A stretch of DNA of 64,000 bases from an uncultured Verrucomicrobiae bacterium (lineage in GTDB: Bacteria; Verrucomicrobiota; Verrucomicrobiia; Chthoniobacterales; UBA10450), in assembly GCA_963726745.1 (NCBI GenBank), contig CAVSDR010000003.1:704001-768000 (forward strand), given 5' to 3'. Position 1 is the stretch's first letter; every line of letters begins with the position of its first letter. The notes beneath the pieces are model-generated. The model saw nothing but the letters and a program-made list of their open reading frames with translations, searched no databases and was not told where the DNA came from. The translations under genes and the position numbers were made by a program. Shown here in pieces: positions 32,925 through 43,600 of this stretch.

Positions 32925-33611
32925 ATGAGAACCACCCTCGCCCTGCTTTCCTGCCTCCTCACCACTGCGGCCCTGGCCGAGCCGATGCCCTACGCACCGA
33001 AGATCATGCCGGCTAATTTCTCCAGCGACATCACCCACCCGTTCTTCACCCTGCGAACGGGCAACACCTACACCTACCGCACGGCCGATGGTTCCGAGGT
33101 GAACAAGGTTTTCGTGACCGAGAAAACCCGGAAAGTCATGGGTGTGACCACGCGCGTGGTCTGGGATCGCGTCTGGCGCGCCGGAAAATTGATCGAGGAA
33201 ACCTACGATTGGTATGCGCAGGATCGGGCCGGCAACGTCTGGTATTTCGGCGAAGACTCGAAGGAATTCGAAGGCGAGTCCGTGAGCCGGAAAGGCTCGT
33301 GGGAAGCCGGCGTGAAAGGCGCGCAACCCGGCATCGTCATGCCGGCTAATCCGCAGCCGGGCGCGCCTTACCGGCAGGAGTACTTAAAGGGCGAAGCCGA
33401 AGACATGGCGCAGATCGTGAGCCTCAGCGAGTCCGTGAAAGTGCCGGCTGGTTCCTACAAAAATTGCCTCAAGACGAAGGACTGGTCCGCGATCGAGCCC
33501 AACAGCGTGGAGCACAAAATCTACGCGCGCGAGACCGGCTGCGTGGTCCTCGAGCTCGAGCACGGCGACCGCAAGCGAGTCGAGCTGATCTCGATTACCG
33601 GCCGTCGTTAG
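32925..33611 (+). CDS. Secreted hypothetical protein
   Basis: Signal peptide MRTTLALLSCLLTTAALA; globular domain with 'ETYDWYAQDRAGNVWYFGEDS...GSWEAG...PGIVMPA...YRQEY'. Confidence 0.8.
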   Translation: MRTTLALLSCLLTTAALAEPMPYAPKIMPANFSSDITHPFFTLRTGNTYTYRTADGSEVNKVFVTEKTRKVMGVTTRVVWDRVWRAGKLIEETYDWYAQDRAGNVWYFGEDSKEFEGESVSRKGSWEAGVKGAQPGIVMPANPQPGAPYRQEYLKGEAEDMAQIVSLSESVKVPAGSYKNCLKTKDWSAIEPNSVEHKIYARETGCVVLELEHGDRKRVELISITGRR

Positions 33612-34101
33612 GCCCGGAAGCCACCGGCGCGGCGGACGCATTCTCGCGGCCTTGCCGGAAGGAGTGGACCATGAAAAAGCCCACGGCCACGCAGATGCAG
33701 GCGTCGGCGACATTAAAGGCCGGCCAGGGATGCGCGAAGGGCAGGTGAAGATCGAAGAGAAGGAAATCGATCACGTGCCCGTGCCAGAGGCGGTCGGTTA
33801 AATTTCCCAGGACGCCCGCGAGGAGCAGGGCGAGCGAAGTCTCGCGCCAGACGTCGGTGGTTTTCCGGCGCACGATCATGGTCACGATCGCGATCAGGGC
33901 CACGCTCGAGAGCGCGATGAAGAAGAGGTTGTTGTTCTTGAAAGAACCGAAGGCCGCGCCGGTGTTGGTCACGAAGACGAGCGCGAAGAATTCCGGGATG
34001 ATGATCCGCGGCTCCTCCGGCCCCACCTGGTGCAGCGCAAACCATTTGCTCACCTGGTCGAGCAGGTAGAGCGGCAGGGAAAGGAAAAGCACGAAACGCA
34101 T
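33595..34101 (-). CDS. lspA: Lipoprotein signal peptidase II
   Basis: LDQVSK, NTGAAFG, GNLTDR, VIDF, PAFNVAD. Confidence 0.96.
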   Translation of the reverse strand: MRFVLFLSLPLYLLDQVSKWFALHQVGPEEPRIIIPEFFALVFVTNTGAAFGSFKNNNLFFIALSSVALIAIVTMIVRRKTTDVWRETSLALLLAGVLGNLTDRLWHGHVIDFLLFDLHLPFAHPWPAFNVADACICVAVGFFMVHSFRQGRENASAAPVASGPNDGR

Positions 34102-34165
34102 CGGCTCCCTTTAGCGCGGGAGGATGGCTTGCGCCACCGCGGGCGCACGCGTATCGCGGACCTCG

Positions 34166-34729
34166 GTGTTTTACCTCAACCGCAACGGCGAAACCCTCGG
34201 CCCCTACAGTCTGGCGGAAGTGCGCCAGCGGCTCGTGCGCGGCGAGATCGCGCCGGAGGATTATTGCTGGACTGAAGGCATGCCCGACTGGGTCCCGCTC
34301 GCGGAGAGCGAGCCCTTCCGCGACCGCAATGTCCCGGCTAAAGCCGCGCCTCCGATCGTGGGACCGCAGCGGGCCTCGCGGCGACTGTCCTCGATGCGGC
34401 GGAAGCCCTCGGGCTTCCGGGAATCGATGATCGCGCTGCCGGCGTTGCCGGAGACCGATCCGCGGCCAGCGCGCGTCTGGCTGCGACCGGAAATGCGCGC
34501 GCGGCTTCTGCTCATCGGCGGCGCGCTGCTCGCGCTTTATTTTCTCTTCTTCTTCCGCACGCGCCTCGACCTCCCGGCGAACGAGACCGCCGGCGTGGAG
34601 ATCATCCTCGGCCGTCCGGCCGCGAGCGCGCGCACGCCCGACCGCATCGCGGGCATTTTCCTCGGGCTTGCGCTTGCGGCGGCCGGCGGCGTCCTGCTCG
34701 CGAAACCGCGCCGCGCTACGGCGCGGTAA
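34166..34729 (+). CDS. GYF_2/DUF4339-domain membrane protein
   Basis: 'YLNRNGETLGPYSLAEV...GEIAPEDYCWTEGMPDWVPL' followed by two TM helices; GTG start at 34166 inferred. Confidence 0.75.
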   Translation: MFYLNRNGETLGPYSLAEVRQRLVRGEIAPEDYCWTEGMPDWVPLAESEPFRDRNVPAKAAPPIVGPQRASRRLSSMRRKPSGFRESMIALPALPETDPRPARVWLRPEMRARLLLIGGALLALYFLFFFRTRLDLPANETAGVEIILGRPAASARTPDRIAGIFLGLALAAAGGVLLAKPRRATAR

Positions 34730-37700
34730 TCTGCAGCCGCAGGAAGCGTCGCGCGGCCGCGTCGAACGGCACCAGGTCGCGCACTTCCACGCGGAAGTCC
34801 GGGCCACTGCCGCTCTCGCCGACGAAGCCGGGACCACTCGTTAGGCCGCCGTGGAAGCTGCTGGCTAAATCGCTCCAGCGGTGAAGATCGCCCGAAGCTT
34901 GCACGGTGTAGCACAGATCGGTCGCCCGGGCGGAGCGATGAAACGTGAGCGCGAGATATTTTGCGCCGTCGATCTCGCGCACGGAGAGCAACGGGCGCCC
35001 GGCGGCTTCCGGCTTCGTCGGATCGAGGCCGAGCGCGTACTCCAGTAAGTTCGGAAGGCCGTCGAAATCGAAGTCGAGCTCCGGCGCAGCGTCGCTTCCG
35101 GTGAGCCCGTAGCCCGCGAGATAACTCTCCGTGCTTGTGCCCACCGCGACCGCGAACTCGCGCAAAACGGTCGCGCCGCAGGTGTCGGCTAACGAGACGC
35201 GCACCGTGAAAGGCGCGAGCGTGGCGTCCAGCCCGGGCGCAAGGGTAACCACACCGGTCGCCTGGTCGATCGTGATCGTCCCGCCGCCCGGCACGGTCTC
35301 GGGACGGACGAGCAACGGCGCGGCCGGGAGGTTGCCATTTGCGTCCGCCGGCGGGGCCGAAGGCGCGACCGCGACCGTGCGCCCGGCATTTGCATTCACT
35401 GGCGGGTAAGTGCCTAACGAGGGCGAAGGATTAGGCAGCACTTTCACGCTGATCTTCGCGCCCGCGCGGGCCCCGGCGTGGTCGGTCACGGTCAGCGTGA
35501 CTGGATAATCCCGGCCACTCGGCGCTGTCACCACCCGGCAATCCGCGGTCCCGCCCAGCGTGATCGCATTCCCAAAAACACTCGTGCTCAAGGCGATTCC
35601 CTCGGGCGCGTCGGAGACCGCGGCGCTGAACGGTCCCGCGCCGGCAACGCTCGCGACCACCGCACTGGCCGCGACCGGCGTGCCGCGCACGAGTTCCAAC
35701 GAACCGATCACGCCGAGCACGGGCGCGCCTTCCTCGGTGGCGATGGTGAAGTCCGCATCCGAAAGATCGAAGAAGATATTGCCGACCGCTTCGACCTTGA
35801 TCCGGCCCTGCGTGGTCGCGACCTCCGGGCCGCCCGGCAGGAGCACGCCGGCGCGGCCGACGTTCGGCACGTTTTCGGCGAGGACGAACGGGAAGGTGTG
35901 TCCGCCATCGGTCGAGAGCGAGATCTTCACGCTCGCGCAATTTACTGGCGGCGCGTCTGTGTTGGCCACGTTCCAGGTGATCGTCTGCGCGGAACCGGCG
36001 GGCACGGTGCCGCCGGCGTTGAAGGAAGTGATGGTGAATGGGCCGGCTAATGCGCTCGTCGTCACCGTGGTCGCGGCCCAGCTCGCTCCGCCGCCGCCGG
36101 CGCGATTATCCCGCACGGTCACACGGAAGTTCAGCGTGCGTGAAATCGTCGGCAAAATCTCGCCGGTCGCGCTCGCGCCGATGGTAGCCGGCGGGGCGTT
36201 GGCGTAGTCGAGCACGTATGGCAGCGCGGGGAAAACGCGCGTGGGACTGAGCGTGGGCGGGCGGGAACGGAAGACGGGATTCGTCCCATCGCTCGCGGGC
36301 GCGGCCGTGCTTTGCGCCGGGCCGAGGTCGAGCTCTTCCCAGCAATAGGTGAGCGTGTCGCCATCCGCGTCGCTCGCGCTCGCGGTGAGCGCGAACGGGG
36401 TGCTCACGGGAATGGTGAAAGCCGCCGGCGGACTAACGACTGGTGGATGATTGCCGGTGTTCTCGGAGAGCGCGCAATCGCCGCTGCCGGCCGCAAACGC
36501 GAGCATCTCCTCGGAGTTCCGCGCGTGAAAATAGTCGTCGCTATGTGGGGCGAGGTCGGTGATCACACCGCCCGCAGTGCAGATGCCGGCGTAGGCCATG
36601 ACCGTGCTCCCGCTGCCGACTTCATAGGCGTAGGCGCCCTGGCGATTACTGCCGCCGCAGTTGCCGATGTTGCTGTTAAAAGTGTGATGCCCGCCGAACT
36701 GGTGCCCGATCTCATGGGCCACGTAGTCGACGTCGAACGGATCACCTGTAGGCACGCTGCGGCCGGTCACGCCGCGCGCCTTGGCCTCGGCCAGGCAGAC
36801 CACGCCGACGCTCGCGATCCCGCCGCCGCCGGTGCTGAAGACGTGCCCAAGATCGTAATTCTGCGCGCCGATGACGCGGTCGAGATTGTCCTGGTTTTCC
36901 GCGAGCATGAGGCTGCCGTTGCTGTTCGTGTAGGGATCGTTCGCAGCGTCGAGGTAGACGATCTGGTCGTTCGTGGCGACCAGGAGGAAACGGATCGCGA
37001 GGTCGCGTTCGTAGAGCGCGCTCACCCGATTGACCGAGGTGACCATGGCGCTGAGCGCGCTCAAAACAGTCGGCGGTCCATTGCTGACGGCGCTGGCATA
37101 TTCGCCGGTGCAGGCGAGCGCGAGGCGATACTGGCGCAAGATGGCACCGCTCGATCCGGCCGCGGCGGCGCGCCCGATTTTGCTCTCGTTAGGCAACGGC
37201 AGGCAGCGAAGCGGCTCGGCGCGGGCGAAATCCGCCTTCCGGTAAACCACGTAGGCGCGATCGTCGTCGCGCCAGTAGGGATCGATGAAAACGTCGCCAC
37301 CTGGCGAAAGGATGATCGCATGGAAGCCATGCGGCGTGAGGTCGAGCCGCGCGCTCGCCGCAGGATCGTCCAGGCCTTGCGCGACGTAGGTTTTAATCGC
37401 GGGAAATTTCGCCGCCAGCTCCGGCTCCATCACCGGCGACTCCCGCACCGCGAAGCGCGCGAAGCGGCCATCCGGCAAAGGCAACTCCAACGTTGTCGCG
37501 GCCTTGGCCGAGACCAGCTGACGCTCGAGCGCCGGCCGATCCAGCTCGAGCACCCGGTATTTCTCCGGGACGATGTGCCGGCGCGCAGACGCGGCGGCGC
37601 CAGCGGCGCGGAGCATCGGCGTTTCGTCAATCGGCTGCCAAAGTCCCTGGCCAAAAGCGCTCGCGCCAAGGAGCCAGAGGAGGAGAAGCGCCGCGCGCAC
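34716..37700 (-). CDS. Secreted reprolysin-like (M12) zinc metalloprotease with C-terminal accessory domains
   Basis: Signal peptide; HEIGHQFGGHH (HExxHxxGxxH); Met-turn GSTVMAYAG; tail DFDFDGLPNLLEYALGLDP...RRFLRLQITAP. Confidence 0.92.
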   Translation of the reverse strand: MRAALLLLWLLGASAFGQGLWQPIDETPMLRAAGAAASARRHIVPEKYRVLELDRPALERQLVSAKAATTLELPLPDGRFARFAVRESPVMEPELAAKFPAIKTYVAQGLDDPAASARLDLTPHGFHAIILSPGGDVFIDPYWRDDDRAYVVYRKADFARAEPLRCLPLPNESKIGRAAAAGSSGAILRQYRLALACTGEYASAVSNGPPTVLSALSAMVTSVNRVSALYERDLAIRFLLVATNDQIVYLDAANDPYTNSNGSLMLAENQDNLDRVIGAQNYDLGHVFSTGGGGIASVGVVCLAEAKARGVTGRSVPTGDPFDVDYVAHEIGHQFGGHHTFNSNIGNCGGSNRQGAYAYEVGSGSTVMAYAGICTAGGVITDLAPHSDDYFHARNSEEMLAFAAGSGDCALSENTGNHPPVVSPPAAFTIPVSTPFALTASASDADGDTLTYCWEELDLGPAQSTAAPASDGTNPVFRSRPPTLSPTRVFPALPYVLDYANAPPATIGASATGEILPTISRTLNFRVTVRDNRAGGGGASWAATTVTTSALAGPFTITSFNAGGTVPAGSAQTITWNVANTDAPPVNCASVKISLSTDGGHTFPFVLAENVPNVGRAGVLLPGGPEVATTQGRIKVEAVGNIFFDLSDADFTIATEEGAPVLGVIGSLELVRGTPVAASAVVASVAGAGPFSAAVSDAPEGIALSTSVFGNAITLGGTADCRVVTAPSGRDYPVTLTVTDHAGARAGAKISVKVLPNPSPSLGTYPPVNANAGRTVAVAPSAPPADANGNLPAAPLLVRPETVPGGGTITIDQATGVVTLAPGLDATLAPFTVRVSLADTCGATVLREFAVAVGTSTESYLAGYGLTGSDAAPELDFDFDGLPNLLEYALGLDPTKPEAAGRPLLSVREIDGAKYLALTFHRSARATDLCYTVQASGDLHRWSDLASSFHGGLTSGPGFVGESGSGPDFRVEVRDLVPFDAAARRFLRLQITAP

Positions 37701-37703
37701 GGA

Positions 37704-40407
37704 TTACTCCCGCTGGCTTACGACCTCGTCACAGCGATCGCAGAGTTCCGGGTGCGCGCTGGATTTGCCGACACTTTCACGGTGCCGCCAGCAGCGGGCG
37801 CACTTGGCAAATTCCGTCTTCGCGATCGTCGCGGCCGCGGCGTCGCCGGGCTCGACCGTCAGATCGCTAAGGATGAAAAACTCCTCGAGTTCCTCCTTCG
37901 AGATGCCGGCTAAAACTTCGCTGCTGGCCTGCAGACGCACCGCGCCTTCGAGCGCGTTGCCGATGAGTTTTTCCTGGCGGGCCTGCTCGACCGCCTGCCC
38001 GATGAGGCCGCGCAGCCGAAGCAATTCCGCAACCGCAGCTTCCGCCGGCGAATCGCGCAAGGAGTCGTTAGGTTGCGGGAATTCCTGGAGATGCACCGAG
38101 CCTTCCCGGCCGAGGTAACCCCATGCTTCCTCGGCGGTGAAGGCGAGGATGGGCGCGAGCAATTTAGTCAGCGACTCGAGGATTTCGCGCATCGCGAATT
38201 GGGTCGCGAGGCGGCGCGGCGAACCGGGCGCATCGCAATACATTCGGTCCTTGGTGATGTCGACGTAGAGACTGCTCAGGTCGACCGCACAGAATTGATT
38301 GAGCGTGTGGTAGACCTTGTGGAACTCGTAGTTCGCGTAAGCCTCGCGGCATTCGGCGATCACGCTCTGCAAGCGGCTCAGGATCCAGCGATCGACCAGC
38401 GTTGGCGCGCCTTTTTCGCCACTCTTCGCGTCGATGTTGCCCAGGAGAATGCGGATCGTGTTCCGGATGCGGCGATAGGTGTCGCCGAGGCGCGTGAACA
38501 TTTCCTCCGAGAACGGGACGTCGTCGGTGTAGTTCACGCTGCTGACCCAAAGGCGGACGATATCGGCGCCGTGTTTGCCGACGAAATGGCCGGCATCCAT
38601 CGGCTTCGAGTAGCTGCTCGACTTGGAGATTTTTTTGCCGTCGACATCGACCACGAAGCCGTGCGTGACGCAGGTCTTGTAAGGAGCGCGATCGTGCAGC
38701 GCGACGCTGGTCATAAGCGACGACTGGAACCAGCCGCGGTGCTGGTCGGTCGCCTCGAGATACATGTCGGCCGGGTTGCGCAGCTCCGGGCGGACCGCGA
38801 GCACGGCCTGGTGGCTCATGCCGCTATCGATCCAGACGTCGATCGTGTCGTTGCGGTGGCGCGTGCCCTCGGGCAGGCCGAGTTCGCGCGCGAGCGCGGC
38901 GTCGTCGAGCTCGAACCAGATGTTCGAGCCGCGCTGCCTAACGAGTTCTGCGAGCTTGCGGATCCAGTCGGCGTTCAGGAGCGCCTGGCCGTCGGCATCG
39001 TAGAAAACGGGGAGCGGCACGCCCCAGCTCCGTTGACGCGAGATGACCCAATCCGGGCGCGACTCGACCGTGCCGGAGATGCGCGCTTCGCCCCAGGGCG
39101 GAATCCATTTGGCGTCTTTGATCGCAGCAAGCGCCGGCTCGCGGAGCTGGTTGATCCGGATGAAAAACTGCTCGACCGCGCGGAAGATGATCGGCGTTTT
39201 CGAGCGCCAGCAATACGGGTAGCTGTGCTGATAGTTTTCCTCCGCGACGAGCATGTCGTTCGTCGCGCAGGAGCGCGACGATGTCGGCGTTGGCGTCGAA
39301 GACATATTTGCCGACGAGATCAGGGAGGCCGACTTCCTCGGTGTAGCGCCCGAGGCTGTCCACCGGGGAAAGGATCGGGAGGCCGTTGCGATGGCCTAAC
39401 GAGTAATCGTCCTCGCCGTGGCCGGGCGCGATGTGCACGCAGCCGGTGCCGGTGTCCATGGTGACAAAATCAGCCGTCAAGATGATCGCGGTGCGCGGGA
39501 GGAACGGGTGCTGCGCGCCGACGCCCTCGAGCTTGGTGCCGGGGAAGGAGCGGCCCGGCTCGCCCACCGGTTCCCAGCCGGTCGCGGCGCAGAATTTCTC
39601 GACCAACGACTCCGCGAGGATGAGCGTCTCGGTGCGACCGTCCTTTTGGAATTCGCGCGCGACGTAAAGTTCCTTCGGATGAATCGCGATCGCTAAATTT
39701 GCCGGCAAGGTCCAGGGCGTAGTCGTCCAGATGACGATGCTCGCCTTCCCTTTCCACTCGCCGGTGGCGATGGGGAATTTCACATAAACCGCGGTGTCTT
39801 CGCGGTCGTGGTATTCAACCTCGGCGACCGCGAGCGCGGTCTGCGCGCCGGTGCTCCAGAAGACCGGCTTTTTCGATTCGTAAACGAGGCCCTTCTCGAC
39901 GAAAACGGCGAACGCCTTCAGGATCTCCGCCTCGTAAGCCGGGTCGAGCGTGAGATAGGGATTCTCCCAGTCGCCGAGCACGCCGAGGCGCTTAAATTGC
40001 CCGCGCTGGATCTCGACGAAGCTGCGCGCAAAGGCCTCCGAGCGCTGCCGCACTTCCACCGGCGAGAGGCCGCGCGTTTCCTTGACCACCTTGTATTCGA
40101 TCGGGAGCCCGTGGCAGTCCCAGCCCGGCACGTAGGGCGCGCGAAAGCCGAGCATGGTCTTCGATTTCACCACCAGATCCTTGAGGATCTTGTTCAGCGC
40201 CGTGCCCATGTGGACATCGCCATTCGCGAACGGCGGGCCGTCGTGCAGGACGAACAACTCCGCGCCGGCGCGCGCTTTTTGAATCTGCTGGTAAAGCTGC
40301 GTCTCCTCCCAGGTCTGGAGGATCTCCGGTTCACGAGTCGTTAGGCTCGCCTTCATCGGGAAGTCCGTTTTCGGGAGGAGGAGGGTGTCCTTGTAATTGG
40401 CAGGCAT
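37704..40407 (-). CDS. ileS: Isoleucyl-tRNA synthetase (type 1, C-terminal Zn finger); apparent frameshift at ~39260
   Basis: LHDGPPFANGDVHMGT, PGWDCHGLPIE, WTTTPWT, GTGCVHIAPGHG, DWVISRQRSWG, DQHRGWFQS, KISKS, CARCWR..CDRC; joins ORFs 38938-40407 and 37704-39305. Confidence 0.96.
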
Positions 40408-40624
40408 CGCGGAGCGGCGACGCTACCACCGAAAGCGCAGAGCGAAAAGGGAGAGCCCGGGCGGACATCGGAAAGGGTCGCGGCGCTTCCCTTACCCACT
40501 TGTAACGCTCGGGTAACCCTCAGGTCAGAGTGCTGGCTAAAAATCCCAGAACTCCTCGAAGGCTCCGTCTCCTCACGGATCTCCCCGGAATTCATTTCAA
40601 CCCTACCGCCTCTCCCTCTCTCGC

Positions 40625-43600
40625 ATGAGCCAAGTCATCCTCCAATCCTCCCGCCAGTTCACGGCCGCCGCGTTGATCATCTGCGCCGTGGTCCTCGCGT
40701 TTATTTCCTTCGCCGATCACTCGCGCTCGGCCGCGCCGGAAAACGGCACGCTCAACCCCGCCGGCCCGAGCGTGAGCTGGACCGGCACTTCCGCCGGCGG
40801 TTCCTCGCTGGACGAATCGACCTGCGATGCGCTCGATGCGGTCAATTGCGACACCTACATCCTGACCGTGGGCGGCACGCCGGCGGATTGGGCCGGGAAA
40901 AAAGTAAACGTCAAGATCAGCTGGCCCAATGGCCTGGATGACTACGATGTCTTCATTCACAAAGGGACGGTCAACGGCCCCGTGGTCGGCTCGGCCGCGG
41001 CGGGCGGCAGCGGGCCGGAGGAAGTGGACCTCGATCCGACCAATGCCTCCATCGGCACCGGCGCTTTCGCGGTGCGGGTGGTTTACTTCCTGGTGACGCC
41101 GCCGGCGGAGCAGTACACCGGCGTCGCAAGCGTAAAGGGCGGCGGCGCGACCCCGACGCCCACGGCCACGCCGACGCCGAGCGGCACACCTTTGACCGCA
41201 AATGTCCCGCGTTACGTGAACCATTACGCGCCACCCGGCGTGATGGAAGATGCGGGCGAGCCGACCATGGGCGTGAATTGGAACACGGAAAATGTGGTCC
41301 GCGCCCCGTGGCAAACTTTCCAAAACCGGCTGCGCAACGGCACCGTGCTCCAGACTTTCAACGGCGGCACCTCGCTCTACTACGGCGGGATTAACAGCTA
41401 CTTCCTCCGCGCGACCTTCGACGATTGCGCCTCGCCCGCCGGCGTCCAGTGGGACCAGATCCCGCTGGTGACCGCGAATACCACGCGCGGCTTCTACGAT
41501 CCGATTCTTTACACCGATCACTGGACCGGCCGCACGTGGGTGGGCCAGGAGCTCGGGCTGACGCCGGGCGGCAGCACGCTCGAGTTTACCGATAACGACG
41601 GCGACACGATGCACCCGAGCGAAGGCGCTGCGCCTTCGGGCGGGGTCGATCACCAGACGATCGGCGGCGGGCCGTTCCACGCGCCTACTCCGCCGACCAC
41701 GATCACGCCGAAGAATCCGCCGGACCCAGCGGCCACGCCTTACCCGCACTCCGTCTTTTACGCGTCCCAGGCGATCCTGACCGCGACCAGCCAGCTGAGT
41801 TTAGACGGCGGCTTCAGCTTCCCGGTGCAGACGCCGATGTATACCTGGCAGGATTGCACCGGGCTCCACGGCCACATCAAAATCGCCGAGGACGGCACCG
41901 CCTTCGTGCCGAACAAGGCCTGCGAAGAACTCAATGTGCCGTTTGTCTTCGGCGGCAATCCCGCGGTCGTGGTCTCGGAGGATAACGGCGCGACCTGGGA
42001 CATCCGCACCGTGCCCGGCATCCCGAGCGATGCCGGTTTGGACGACGCCTCTGTGGGCGTTTCGTGGTGCCCACCGAACACGCCCACCTGCGACAAGACC
42101 GAGCGGAGCAAGCACATTTACCTCGGCTTCATGTACACCGGCGGCCGGCCCGGCATCGCCTATTCGAACAACAAGGGCCAAAGCTGGGCCCGCATCGTGG
42201 ATCTCGGCGCCCTCACCGGGATCAAGCACATCGCTTTCCCGGCTGTAGCCGTGGGCGATCCCGACCGCGCAGCCTTCGCCTTCTTCGGCACGAAGACGCA
42301 GGGCGATTACAGCGCACCGGAGTTCCCCGGCGTGTGGCACATGTATATCGCGCAGACGTTCGATTACGGCCAGACCTGGACGGTGCAGAACGTGAGCCCG
42401 GAAGGGCCGATCCAGCGCGGCGGCATCTGCGGCGATGGCACCTGCCGAAACCTGCTCGACTTCATCGATATCCAAATCGACCGGCAAGGCCGCGTGCTGG
42501 TCGCAGGGGAAGATGGCTGCATCGCCGGCTGCGAAATCGGCGGGGCAAATTCCTTCACCGCGAAGGCGTTCATCACCCGCCAGGCCGGCGGCAAACGCAT
42601 GTTCTCGATCTACGACACCCAGACGGCCGAGCCGCACATCCCCGGCGCGCCCGGCGTGCAAGGCTTTGTCGACGCCGCCAATACCAAGGTCACGCTCAAC
42701 TGGACTCCACCGGACCACGGGGGCGCGCCGATCACAGCCTACAAGATCTACCGCGCAACCGCGGAGGCCGGTCCCTGGGGGAACGATAAGCTCATCGCCA
42801 CGGTCACGGAACCCGGTTTCATGGACACCAGTTTCCCGCCGGCGATGGAGAAATATTACATCGTGACCGCGATCAATTCGCAGGGTGAAAGCCCCTACTG
42901 CAAGGTGATCCATCCGCTCGACGTCCCGCAAGTGACAGCTTGCAACCTCCCCGGCATCCAGGTGCTGAATGACACTGATGCGAATGGCGCGGATACCGAT
43001 CCGCCGCAGCAAACCCCGGCCGATCCGCGGGTAAACGTCCGCCGGCTCCACCTGGCAGAGCCATTCGTCAGCCCCGGCGCCGAGCCGCTCGTCTTCACCA
43101 TGCAGGTGGCTCCCTCGACCACGAACACCGCCCCGCCGAACAGCCAGTGGCTCATCATTTGGAATCGCCAGGGCACGCATGCGGCCGATCCGCAGGACAG
43201 CTCTTACGACCGCATGTATGTCGCCATGGTCACGGATGCGAACGGCGTCCCGACGTTTGAATACGGGAAGTTTGGCATCGCGATCAACACTTCGCCGCCG
43301 CCCCTGCCCGACCCGAATGCGAACGCTCCAAAGCGTTACGGCGCGCCCGATAGCGCGACCTACGATCCGCTCAGCGGCCTCGTCCGGATCACGATCGCAA
43401 AGTCGAAGCTGCGCGCGATCGATGGCGGCAGCGGCAAGTATGTGATCAACACCGACCTCGCAGGGACGAACGTGCGCACTTACTTCAACCGCGCCGACTA
43501 CGTCTCCGATCCAAACGCGGCGGTGCGCTCGCAGCGTTCGCAAAACAATGCTTCCGATATCACCAGCGACGCGACCTACACCCTGCGCGGGAACGCGGTT

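Noticed and set aside
40408..40624. T-box or other riboswitch upstream of ileS
   Set aside because: No T-box consensus or terminator/antiterminator recognised; short divergent intergenic region.
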